This document shows, piece after piece, positions 11,186-22,735 of a stretch of 64,000 bases of DNA (positions are counted from its first letter, which is position 1; each line of letters opens with the position of its first letter). Both the position numbers and the translations under genes were made by a program. The stretch spans positions 74,338,001 to 74,402,000 of the forward strand of contig NC_043004.1 in the NCBI RefSeq assembly GCF_006345805.1, in the 5' to 3' direction. The notes under the pieces were generated by a model that made no database searches, was not told the DNA's origin, and was given only the letters and a program-made list of their open reading frames with translations. The DNA is from Octopus sinensis. Its lineage: Eukaryota.

Positions 11186-12420
11186 TAGATACAGTGTGAT
11201 GCAAAAGTAGGTGTACAGTTAGGAAAAAAGAAAACACGTACAATACACGTCTATTTTTAGCAAAAATAATTAAAAGTTTCGATAAAATTATTATTATAGT
11301 TATGAAAAATGTATTATTATGATTGATGACACTGAAAATATCAAAAATGAGGCCAACTAATTAAATGTGTTAATAATTTTAATGAATTAAATTATTACAA
11401 CATTGATGTGATACATACTGTGTACCTACTTTTGTACACACACACACCCCACGCCTCGTATATAAATATACATCTATACACGATGTGCTTCTTCCAGTTT
11501 CCGTTTACCAAATCCACTCACATGCCTCAGATGCCATCCTGTGGGACTCAACCACGAACACAAACTGCAAAGCTTCTTTATTTCAGAGGCAGGAAAACTG
11601 GTGAAATCTTGCAATGGCTGTCCTTATCACGTGGGGGTGGAAAAAGGATATTGAATTTTGGTGGGGGATGTCTATAAGCAGCTGAAATCTCAGCAAAAAA
11701 GAACATTCTTTCAGAATCAACAGCAACAGCAGAGGGGATTGGCTGGAATCGATCCTTGCCTGGTTAGACAGGGTGGCTCCAAGGACTGCTTTGTGTTCCA
11801 GTGTCTGCTTTGGCGTGGTTCCCATGTCTGGATACCCTACCTAACACCAATCCTTTCGCAGTATGTTCTGTGTGCGTTTTGTTTGTTTGTTTCATGCAGC
11901 CAGCACTAACGAGGTTGCCATGAATTTTGCAAGACAATAAATTCTAAGGGGAGGGGGAGGACAACTTTAGCCGAAGAAACGAGGAATTAAATAGGGTAAA
12001 GTATGAGAGAAAATGAGACCGAGAAGAACAGGTTTCTTGCTGTAGAGGGGCTACATATATATTCACATGGAACAAGTTTACTAAAAACGAAAGGAGAAAA
12101 CACGGCTTTCATTTTATGTGGAGTACAGGGCTTCGAGAAATAGGTATTCCAAATTTAGAGGAGAATCAGCTGTGGTACTTCAGGTACACCAAAAAAAAAA
12201 AGCTAATTAGAAGTGAACGAGTTATATAAGTCAATCTGATAACCAGGTGCACGCGCGCGCGCGCGTGTGTGTGTGTAGGAGGGTTAGGGTTAGATATCTT
12301 CTCTGAAACCAAAGCGACTGAATAGGCAACTGAAGGATAGGGAGAAGTATTTCTTAATACGGACACACCAAGAGATCGAAAACAAGACCAAAGTCTCTCG
12401 CGAAAGGGAAAGAGCAGAGT

Positions 12421-12451
<31 letters not shown>

Positions 12452-12684
12452 AGAAAACTGTGGGAAGTATAAAAACCAAAATGCCCATAGCTTTCTAGAA
12501 AATCACAAAGGGAACAGCCACAATACAATATAAAATAGGACCATTGTTCCAAGAGAATGACTCACTGACTGCGGACCCAGGAAGGATAAGTGAACAAGTG
12601 TCTTCACTCCCCACCCCACTGGATACAAGCAGATAAAAAAACGGTTGAATTCTTTAATATTGCAGCTCTAAAAGGGACGTGTAT

Positions 12685-13985
12685 GAGCGGCCATAGATGA
12701 AATGAGCTGATGCTCCGCAATTGGCCCTGGTGGCTTCCCGGTTATTCTCCTGAAATCATGTAAGCAAGCTTTAGCGAAACCACTTCAGATAGTTTTCCAA
12801 CGTTTCCTTGCAAGTGGTAAACTTCCTAAAAAAAATCTGAGAGAAGGCATTATATGTTATATCCACAAAGGTGGAAGCAGAGTAGTGGCCAAAAATCACA
12901 GGCCAATCTCTCTGACTTCACATATCAGTAAAGTCATGGAGCGAATCATCAGAAAGAAATTGGTAATGTTCCAAGAAGAAAATAACTCACTGAACAATAC
13001 ACAGCATGCCTCACACAATTCCTACAACACCATGACTGGGTTTTGAAACAGCTGTTAAGCCATTCAGATGTCAGCGTGATATACCTTGACTTTGCAGGGG
13101 CATTTGATAAGGTGGATCATGGCATGATATATCATAAGCTACGTGACCTTGGCATTGCTGGTAAACTAGGAGAATGGATACATGACTTCCTTAAAGACAG
13201 AACTCAGGTAGTTGCAGCCAATGGTGCCCTTTCTGAGGAAACTCAAATCCTAAGTGAACTGTTCTGGAGGCCATTGCTGTTCATAATAGCCTTCTTAATC
13301 ATGCCCACCGGTCACTCGGACAGCCACTGTCACCAGCTATAGCGATGATACAAAATTATCACAGACAATAAAAAATCAAGATGACGTCACAAGCTTACAG
13401 CAGGACCTGAATTCGATATAGAAGTGGGCTGAAATAAATAACATGCAGTTTAATGCTGGAAAATTTCAAGCACAATACTATCAACTCACGAATGCACTAC
13501 AGCCTGCATACACAGGTCCCGAAGGCACTACAATCTTAGAGACACAAACAGTAAAAGATTTGGGGATCAGTATGCGCAATGACGCATCATTTTATATGCA
13601 CATTACCAAGATGGCAGCAATATGCAGACAACTGGCAGTATGGATACTGAGGTCTTCCAAAGCAAGATCCAGAAATTATGTTGACCCAGTGGAGAACTTT
13701 TGTTCTTAGCCACCTGGACTACTGCCCCCAGTTATGGTCCCCACACAGTGCCAAACTAACAGCGGGCTTGAGGCAGTCCAAGACTACTACACTAAAAAAG
13801 ACTGAAACACTGCAGAGGATGAAGTACAGGGATAGGCTGAGCAAACTGCAACTTTACTCCCTGGAGCGAAAGCGCGACAGATATGTGATAATCTACGTAT
13901 GGAAAACACTAGAAGGGTTAGTACCTAATTTCAGCATTGAGAGTTATACAAATGCCAGAAAATGCCAGATAAAAAAGAAATCGCC
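12685..13985 (+). mobile_element. CR1-group LINE RT remnant (5'- and 3'-truncated, frameshifted)
   Basis: VIYLDFAGAFDKVDHG, HLDYCPQLWSP, YSLERKRDRYVIIYVWKTLEGLVPN; ends in (TATG)n. Confidence 0.92.
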
Positions 13986-13995
13986 AACGGCGATT

Positions 13996-14084
13996 GTATG
14001 TATGTATGTATGTATGTATGTATGTATGTATGTATGTATGTATGTATGTATGTATGTATGTATGTATGTATGTATGTATGTATG
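13996..14084. repeat. (TATG)n microsatellite
   Basis: Direct reading of the sequence. Confidence 0.97.
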
Positions 14085-14180
14085 TTTTATATAGTTACAC
14101 ATTACAAACATCTTAAAATTGTTTGTCACAAGTAATCATGTATATAAATATATATATATATATGTATGTATGTATATATA

Positions 14181-16500
14181 TTTTCTTCTCTAGTTTCAGC
14201 TTAGAGCTGTGGCCATGCTGATGCACCGCCGTTTTGCTACACTGTTATTACTAAGAGCCTCCTCTCATATGTGGCACTTGGTGAAGAATGGAGTTTGATA
14301 TAGCTACCCTCATTTGCACCTCTTGCGGTGAGGGAGGTTCATCTGGGACTCTCGATAGGAAGAGGACCAGCTTTGATTTAAAAACCGCTACATCTACTTT
14401 GTGCAAGTTCCTCAGACTCTTTGGGAGAATATTAAAAAGCTGTGGACTCTTGAAACTTCAGCTGTTGCAGTAACTGGTCCTGAAGCATGATGGCATTGCT
14501 TTGTCACTATGCAGTGTCATCCCGTTCTGGCATTGGTGTAGCTTTCAATGCCCAAATTTGGCACACTTCCTTCCAGGATCTTCCAGATATATATTACTGC
14601 ATACCTCTCCCGTCTTCTCTCCAGGGTGTAGAGTCTTAACTGTTTCAACCTTTCCCAGTAGCTGAGCTGTTGCAATCTTCTTTGGGAATCTTCTCTGGAT
14701 TGCTTCAAGGTCCGCTGCTAATTTCACACTGGTGGGTGACCATAGCTGTGAGCAGTAATCCAGGTGGCTGAGGACGAATGTCCGCCAGAGGACCATCATG
14801 GTTTCCTTACCTCTGGTTCTGAATGTTCTTAGGATCCATTCAGCCAATCGTCTGCACTTTGTAGCCATCCTAGTAATGTGCACTTGGAAAGAGGTATCAT
14901 CACTCATGTCGATACCCAGGTCCTTCACTGATTTAAGCTCTGGGATTGAAATTCCTTGTGGACCGGTGTACCCTGTAAGTTTCATATTCAGTTTTGGATA
15001 CTGGAGGCGCAAGACTTGGAGTTTTTAGCATTAAACTGCATATTATTTTCCTCAGCCCATTTGTAAATTGAGTCCTACTCCTGCTGCAGTTGTGCAACAT
15101 CGCTGGGGTTCTGTATTTTCTGCGAGACTTTCGTATCATAGTATGCAAGGGTGGCTATTTGGGCATTTGTGGGAATATCTGAGAGGGCCAGTATAAAAAG
15201 CAGTGGTCCCTAGACAGTGCCCTGTGGAACACCACACTATATGTGTGTTCATATAGGTGGCTCCATTAGCTACTACTGCCTGACTCCTATCTTTCAGGAA
15301 GTCATGTAACCACTCCTCAAGTTTTCCAGCTATCCCAAGGTTACGCAGTTTGTGGCATATCATACCATGATCCACCTTGTCAAAAGCTTTTGCAAAATCA
15401 AAGTATATTACATCCACATTTGATTTGTTGAGTAACTGCCTCAATACCCAGTCATAATGTTGTAAGAGCTGGGTCAGGCAGCTCCTGCCTGGTCGAAAAC
15501 TATGCTGGATATCACTCAGCAAGTTATTTTCTTCAAGGAATGCAACTAGTTTCCCTCTGACTATCCGTTTCATGACTTTGCTGATGTGTGAAGTCAGAGA
15601 GATAGGCCTATAGTTTTTGGCATCTGCTCTACTTACCCCTTTATGTATTGGGCATATATTCCCTCCTTCAGCTTGCTTGGCAGTTTGCCATTTGTAAGAA
15701 AGCTCTGGAAGAGAATCTGGAGGGGCTTTGCCAAGGCATGCTTACACGATTTGAGGAAGATTGCTAGGAAACCATCAGGACCAGCAGTTGAGTTTGTGTC
15801 CACTTCATCTATGGCTATTAGTATATCTTCTTCGCTAATATCAATGTATTCCATTGTAACTGCCTCGCTGATTATAGGTGAGGCGGCAAAGAAGTCCACT
15901 GGTTCGTTCACTTGTCTGTGTTCCAACGGGGTGGTAAAGACACTTTTGAACTGGTCATTCAGTATCTCACTGATCTTAGTTGGACTGTCTGTGAGGGAGC
16001 CATCCTTTTGGAGGAGGGGTCCTATCTTGTAGTGTACTGAGGCTGTTTCTTTCGCGTAATGAAAGAAGGCCTTTGGGTTTGACTTAATGTTTTTATAACC
16101 CAGGCTTCTTTGTCTGCTTTCTCCCTCACATAGGATTGTTGCAGCCTTTTTTCGATCTCCATCAGTGTTGTTTTTAGGCGTGATGTTTTGCTACTTTTGG
16201 GATGTTGGTTGAGTCGATTTGCAACCTTCGTCCGTCGTCTCATGAGGATCTTCCTCTCCCTTGGAATCTTGCTCCTATTTGTTTTGGCCTTGTGCTCCGG
16301 GACATATTTCTGGCATATGGCTTGCACAAGACATGAAACATTCTAGTTCATGTCAATATCTGGTGTGGAGAGATATTTGGGCAGTCCTCTCTGGGGATCT
16401 CTCTTTGGATCGATTTCAATCTGCTTTGTGGAGTTCGGATTGGGGAGATTTCTGGTGCTTTCTTTAGGCTGTATGTCTCTGGTTATGTCAATAAGTCTAT
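14181..16500 (-). mobile_element. CR1-group LINE ORF2 remnant (post-endonuclease linker, RT, C-terminus) with intact 3' UTR
   Basis: KNIKSNPKAFFHY, AGPDGF, YFDFAKAFDKVDHG, HLDYCSQLWSP, LERRRERY, ...SNSILHQVPHMRGGS* (stop 14251-14253), then tail GGCGGTGCATCAGCATGGCCACAGCTCTAAGCTGAAAC. Confidence 0.93.
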
Positions 16501-16519
16501 TGACATGGCCAGTTCTTTT

Positions 16520-17280
16520 CTATGTCGTCCTCATACCTAGTTCAGCAGTTACAACTTTAGCAGTGGAAAAGATTATGTTATTTAAGGTTGTTATTTCATT
16601 CCGTTATTTCTTGAGATCTGTTTCAGAGCAACATTATATATAATGATTACGTTTTATTTTTTTATGCTCTTTGAGAGCTTTGGTAACGTTCCTCCATTGA
16701 TCATGCCAGTAAACTCAGTCTTTCTTTCTCTCTAATAATATCTTCTTTTGCTTCTACGACCTTCTCTTTATTTTTCACCTCAAATTCTGTGTCATATCTA
16801 TTCTGGTGTTCTTGAGGTAGGTATACTTTCTCTTCTTTATCACATACTCGTTCTTCGCTATTCTTTCTTCTGCTTCTTCGTTGGGATGTACTGCTCGTAC
16901 AATGGTTCTCTGTATCTGTTAACTATTTCATCTGCATCGTTGCTGTTTCATTTGGCCTGTCATGAGATATTTGTGTCCTAATTTGACTAATTTCAGCGTC
17001 AGTTAACATTTTATTCTTAGTTATGTCTCTACGTACATTCCTTAATTTATTTGCGCCTATATATCTGCATACTTCGTTGCCTACTATGTTTCTACGTGAA
17101 GTATATGTTTGTACAATGCGGTTATTCTTTGGGTTTGGTTGGTCTGTGTAGAAAACTTTCAACACATCTCTATAATCCTCTGTAGTCCATTTTATGCGTT
17201 TTGCTACATGTGATGTTTTTGGCGGGGACTCTACAGGGTTGGGGCTAGTGTTATATTGGCTCTGGTTACACAGGAGATCG
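16520..17280 (-). mobile_element. R4/Dong-clade non-LTR element, N-terminal ORF fragment
   Basis: RIKWTTEDYRDVLKVFY...ANKLRNVRRDITKNKMLTDAEI and TLPKL...NNIIFSTAKVVTAELG match R4/Dong N-terminal motifs. Confidence 0.7.
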
Positions 17281-17486
17281 TTAAATATATATATATATAT
17301 GTATATATGTATAAAAGTAAATAAATGGTACAACGAAGTACCGATATTTACTGGAAAATAGCGATCGTAATATAGTATAGCTTCACTGCATATATACTAG
17401 CAAAGACGTGTGTGTGCAACAAACATGAAAGAATTGTCTTACCTCTAGGAAGAACATCTGAAAATTGAAAAACCTAGAAACTGATA

Positions 17487-17556
17487 ATGCAGGACCGGTT
17501 TCAGACTCTTCAAATACGTTTGACAACGTAGATTTGATTGTCCTCATCAGCTGCAT
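17487..17556 (-). ncRNA. Type I hammerhead ribozyme (copy A, fully canonical)
   Basis: Minus strand reads ATGCAG-CTGATGA-GGAC..TCAAA..TACGTT gtca AACGTA TTTGA..GTCT-GAAA-CCGG-TC-CTGCAT: 6-bp stem I and palindromic ACCGGT stem III. Confidence 0.92.
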
Positions 17557-17909
17557 GTACCTAAACAAAATTTCAACTGTTGCCACATCTATGCCAGTAC
17601 ACTCGTCTGAACGCCAAACGTTAACAGAACGAGAACAGTGAAGAAGTTTCAATGAAAATAGTAATGCAATACGTAAGTATTGCTTTCCAGTAAAGGATAG
17701 CCCCAAGGGTAAAATTATACATATAAAAGTAAATAAAGGGTACAACGAAGTACCGATATTTACTGGAAAATAGCGATCGTAATAAATACGACGCTATAGT
17801 ATAGCTTCACTGCATATATACTAGCAAAGACGTGTGTGTACAACAAACATGAAAAAATTTGTTTTACCTCTAGAAAGAACATCTGAAAAATTAAAACCTA
17901 GAAACGATA

Positions 17910-17980
17910 ATGCAGGACTGGTTTCAGACTCTTCAAATACGTTTGACAACGTAGATTTGATTTGTCCTCATCAGCTGCAT
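17910..17980 (-). ncRNA. Type I hammerhead ribozyme (copy B)
   Basis: Same as copy A except stem III reads ACCAGT (palindrome broken). Confidence 0.82.
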
Positions 17981-18177
17981 ATACCTAGACAAAATTTCAA
18001 ATGTTGCCTCATCTATGCCAGTACACTCGTCTGAACGCCAAAACGTTAACAGAACGAGAGTATTGCAATACATTTGCATTGTGAAACTTCTTCACTGTTC
18101 TCGTTCTGTTAACCTTTTGGCGTTCAGACGAGTGTACTGGCATAGATGTGGCAACATTTGAAATTTTGTCTAGGTAC

Positions 18178-18247
18178 ATGCAGCTGATGAGGACAAATCA
18201 AATCTACGTTGTCAAACGTATTTGAAGAGTCTGAAACGGTCCTGCAT
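18178..18247 (+). ncRNA. Type I hammerhead ribozyme (copy C)
   Basis: CTGATGA 18184-18190, GAAA 18233-18236, stem III ACGGT (1-nt deletion), TC, CTGCAT. Confidence 0.78.
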
Positions 18248-18501
18248 TATCAGTTCTAGGTTTTTAATTTTCAGATGTTCTTCCTAGAGGTAAGACAAAT
18301 TTTTTCATGTTTGTTGCACACACACGTCTTTACTAGTATATGCAGTGAAGCTATACTATAGCGTCGTATTTATTACGATCGCTATTTTCCAGTAAATATC
18401 GGTACTTCGTTGTACCATTTATTTACTTTTATATGTATAATTTTACCCTTACGGGCTATCCTTTACTGGTAAGGCAATATTTCGTATTGCTTACTATTTT
18501 G

Positions 18502-18549
<48 letters not shown>

Positions 18550-18554
18550 TGTGT

Positions 18555-18603
<49 letters not shown>

Positions 18604-18605
<2 letters not shown>

Positions 18606-18898
18606 AGGCGCAATAGCCTAGTGGTTAGGGCAGCGGACTCGCGGTCGCAGGATCGCGGTTTCGATTCCCAGACCGGGCGTTGTAAGTGTTTATTGAGCGA
18701 AAACACCTAAACGCTCCGGCAGGGGGTGGTGATCCCTGCTGTACTCTTTCACCACTCTTTCTCTCACTCTTTCTTCTGTTGGCCTGCTCGCTTAGCCAGC
18801 GGGGTGGCGTTATTCGAAGGCTAAAACAATGCGAACGCATTGTGACCAGCGATGTGTAACAACATCTGATGGTCTGGTCGATCACATGATCACGTGAT
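18604..18898 (+). mobile_element. tRNA-derived SINE family 2 (tail type a)
   Basis: A-box-like TAGCCTAGTGG and B-box-like GGTTTCGATTCC; body continues to ...ATCACGTGATATA. Confidence 0.88.
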
Positions 18899-19295
18899 AT
18901 ATATATATATTATATATATATAATATATATATATAATATATATATACATGTATAATCTGCCCATGATTTAAGATCTCCTACTGGCATGTTTTTATTGATG
19001 AAATTCACCTCTTGTCTATATATCTACCCACTTTGTAATGATGGCAATGGATAATTATAAAAATGGACATTGTCATTTTAATTTTTAAAATTCCATATGT
19101 GGCTGAAGATTGCTCTGCATTTTAAAACTGATGTAATACTTACATTTTTTAATTAAATGAAGTAGCATGAAACGATTGTACTACACTACCTTTGGATATC
19201 CTGTTGCATATTTTGATTATAATACCCCATTTGATTTACATGGATAATACCATACCAACTTCTGGTGCCTTTAACTTAAGTACCATATTCATCTG

Positions 19296-19336
<41 letters not shown>

Positions 19337-20160
19337 TATATATTATCTGTCTGTCTGTCTCTATATGTGTATATATGTGTATATATGTGTATGTGTGTTG
19401 TGTGTGTGTGTGTGTCTATTGAGTGTTTGGTTCAGTAGCAAACTTTTGACCCCAATCTGACTGATTCTCCTCTGGGTGACGCGGTCCTTGTTGTCCCAAT
19501 CGATGACCGATCTGGAATGAGTTTTGGCTTGTCATTAAAGCATGAAGTGATCTGTTTGTGCATGGTTGACTTATTGACACGACATCGCTTCCTTCTTCTT
19601 CGAATGGATATATTGTCATATATAGACTAATATATCGAAAATCGCCTCTATTCGTTTGGTAGCAGTTTTCCTGGCATAGCTGTTTAGTGATCGTTTGAAC
19701 TAAGTAACTAATTTGTTCTTTTCATTCGTTTGTGGCATTCGATTTGATTTTGTTTGGTTCGGCGTCGCTCGAGTGACGCGCTATTCTTTTATTTCCTGTA
19801 TGTGTCAGTTTGTGTTGTTATACATTGTTGTGCTGGTTATCAATATTAACATGTGCACATGGAGGCATGGGCAGCTGCATGTAAAGATACTTATTCAGTT
19901 TACGTACATACTGTGTAAATTGTTTTTTTCCAGTGTTCTTGTTGCTGGTTTCGACTTCTCGCGGTTGTCGTCATTGAGATATCGCGCATTTAAGAAAGAA
20001 ACTACACTTTTATAACAAAAAGTCTTCCCGATTATTAGCTCCTATGCTTTAAGAGAACTTTTCCCGCGTATTCTGAAGTTTTCTTTCATTGCACCGACGT
20101 TATTGGACAAGTTTGTTTTGTAAAGAGAGTTTCTTAGTATACGTTAATGTTGTGTATTAA

Positions 20161-20374
20161 CTGGCAGAAACGTTTGCATGCGGGCGAAATGCGTAGCAGT
20201 ATTTCGTCTGCCGTTACGTTCTGGGTCAAATTCCGCTGAGGTCGACTTTGCCTTCATCCTTCAGGGGTCGATAAATTAAGTACAAGTTACACACTGGGGT
20301 CGATGTAATCAACTTAATCCGTTTGTCTGTCCTTGTTTGTCCACTCTGTGTTTAGCCCCTTGTGGGTAGTAAAG
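20161..20374 (+). mobile_element. SINE family 1 monomer
   Basis: CTGGCAGAAACG...GAGGTCGACTTTGCC...TTTAGCCCCTTGTGGGTAGTAAAG. Confidence 0.88.
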
Positions 20375-20439
20375 ATATATTATTATATTTATTATATAGT
20401 ATTATATTAATTAATTATTATTTATCATTGGTATCATAT

Positions 20440-20444
<5 letters not shown>

Positions 20445-20482
<38 letters not shown>

Positions 20483-21020
20483 TTATTTTATGAAAACTCA
20501 GCTTAGTTTCCTGGGTAAGATGGAAAGTGCCATCTGTCCACAGCCAGCAGACAAAGGAGACACTTTTTTACTGGTCTACGAAGAATTCTTGATGTTGCAA
20601 GCAATGCTGATTTGCACAGGACAAACTAGACTGTTAGAAAGGAATAAATTCCTAACATAGGGCTACAACGAGTAAACTTAGATGTCAAGAAGCCTCCTAA
20701 ATATCCTAGTTGTCTCTAATAACATTGTTTTCTGAAGCTGTACTAAACTAGATTTTACGCCTATTTCCTCTATCCATCTGTTCAGACATCTAGGGACAGA
20801 TCCCAATGCACCTATAACTACTGGGATACATTTTAGCCTCACTTTCAATAGCCTCTCTAATTCAGTGGTAAGAGCCTGGTATATTACTTTTTTTTTCTAT
20901 ACTTCTCATTTTGACCTTTTCACTATGAAGTCAATTATTTGGCATTTTCTATTCTCTTTATCTACCACTACTAAATCGGGGATTCTAGTTTGTATTGATC
21001 TGTCAGTTAATTCGATAAAC
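20445..21020 (-). mobile_element. R4/Dong 3' end (restriction-like endonuclease, 3' UTR, (TAA)n tail)
   Basis: Minus strand gives RIPDLVVVDKENRKCQIID, LKCIPVVIGALGSVP and LQKTMLLETTRIFRRLL*, and runs into (TAA)n, the known Dong target. Confidence 0.85.
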
Positions 21021-21479
21021 AATTACATAAATATCAGGAAACTAACTTGAGGAATTGATCACCACTTTTGACCCAAATCATGCAAAATTCTAGCGGGGTT
21101 CATAATGCCTGCTCAAGTTTTTACCAAACTTGGTATGCTGACTCAGTGCAATGCAGAAATAGTATATCTGAATTTAAGCTTTCTAGGTGCAATTTCAGAG
21201 TTATCGGCTTTTTAAACTATAATCACAGGGTGGCACTAGATTCACACTTCAGTATTTCCATTGCCTAAATCCTTGTAAATATAAGGGAAATGTGGAATAA
21301 AAGTGTATCTCTACATTTTAAAGATTACTGTATTAAAAATTCTCTATGCAAATGTTCAGAGGCCACTACAAGTATTCGATAACATATAAAATTAAAAGCA
21401 ATGCATATTTTTAACTTTATAGGTTTAATTTCAATTTTGAATAAGTGTATAAGAAAAAGAGTGCTGAATGTTAGCAAAT

Positions 21480-22230
21480 TTTTAAACAAATAATTAATGT
21501 TTTGTCAGATAAAGTAAATCGAAGCTGAAGTTTCTCCTTCTTTTTACAAACATCATAAAGATCTTGAAGGCACTTAATTGCCCGTTCTGCATTCTGATTT
21601 GTTCTAGGAATTTCCAGTTTTGATAGTTCTCGACTCCAATAGATTTTTTTTACCCAGTTCAATGCATTCTACCACATAAATTCTGATAATCCTGTGCATT
21701 GAACATTTGGTCACTAAACCAAAAATCTGCCCAGCTATAAGAGATGAATCGACAAACATTGAGAAACAAAGCTCTTGTTTCTGTTAGAGAAATGCCAAAA
21801 GAGCTAGTATTGTTCGAGAATTCCATCTTTCATGTCATCTCGCCATCCTGCTGATTCAGTAATCTTTTCTTCACCATTGTTGAAATTAGCCTGGTGTTTC
21901 TCCTAATTACTTGGGAGATGACTTATTTTACCAAGTTTGTTATCCATTACAACACGAAGAACTCTATCAAATCCTTTTGAGCAAACAGTCTTTCCAACTG
22001 AGTGACAATGCCATTTCTTTTTCCAGTGGTCACACTCGTTGTATCAGCGGCAATCATCTTTATATAGTTTCATAAATTGTATTCATCTAAAACACTTGTT
22101 ATTCCTTTCACAAGAGCATCGACTTTTCCCTTTGGTAATTGGAGTGCTTCTAACTTAATTTTATCTGTTCATTCTCTAAAACTAGCACTTGAATATACTT
22201 AGTCCTCAATACGTTTACCATTAAAATGCA
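21480..22230 (-). mobile_element. Decayed DDE transposase (hAT-related, hATm-like by inference)
   Basis: LHFNGKRIE, MIAADTTSVTTGKRNGIV, LDRVLRVVMD, NQNAERAIKCLQD, with stops and an internal deletion. Confidence 0.6.
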
Positions 22231-22279
22231 ATGACCACTTTTCTAAATATAGTGTTTTCTTCATTTTCTGTTATATTCA

Positions 22280-22440
22280 CATTTGACAGAAGTTTTGATG
22301 GAAATATTCCACCAGTATTCCGTGGATTGGTGTTTATGAGTATTCCATAACAGAGGGATTTTCTAAGGTTTATTTCAGAACAGTCTTTTTTGCGAATGGC
22401 ATTGTAAATAGATTTAGCAACAACATCGTATCGCATAGGG
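22280..22440 (-). mobile_element. Small R4-like C-terminal fragment
   Basis: RYDVVAKSIYNAIRKKDC resembles the RHD/RHN-x-VA motif; downstream YWWNISIK in another frame. Confidence 0.45.
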
Positions 22441-22735
22441 AGGTAGTACCGTGACGAAATTTAAGGACAGCTGCTAATCACATGCGTGATGTCTCCCACA
22501 GAAACCTGACATAAACACGCGGTTGCAACTTAGTATCACAAGAGCATCCACTGTCTCTCTTGTTCACCAGGTACTTTGTGGCAATCTCCTGTTCCCGGAT
22601 TGCAAAGGCATAGCCTTCAAAGTGTGTGTCTGTATGCATATATACACAGTTGATAGATATATATGTGTGTGGGGGTCTATGCATGTGTGTGATTGAATAT
22701 GTGTATGTATCAATGTATGTACCTATGTACATACA

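Larger units (their letters stand above)
17313..18503. mobile_element. Non-coding HHR-bearing repeat cluster (retrozyme-like or PLE pLTR): tandem copies A 17313-17724 and B 17725-18059 on -, inverted copy C 18060-18503 on +
   Basis: Three high-identity copies of a ~410-425-nt unit, each with an HHR; both outer ends abut (TA)n. Confidence 0.88.

Noticed and set aside
18604-18680. tRNA gene candidates (also 7318, 40715, 46451)
   Set aside because: They have A/B boxes but no complete cloverleaf and continue into SINE bodies.
19100-19140. CTGAAGA-TTGC..GCAT..AAAAC-TGAT-GTA hammerhead-like string
   Set aside because: G12 is missing, there are extra bases before the AAAA and there is no stem I; at most a very old relic.
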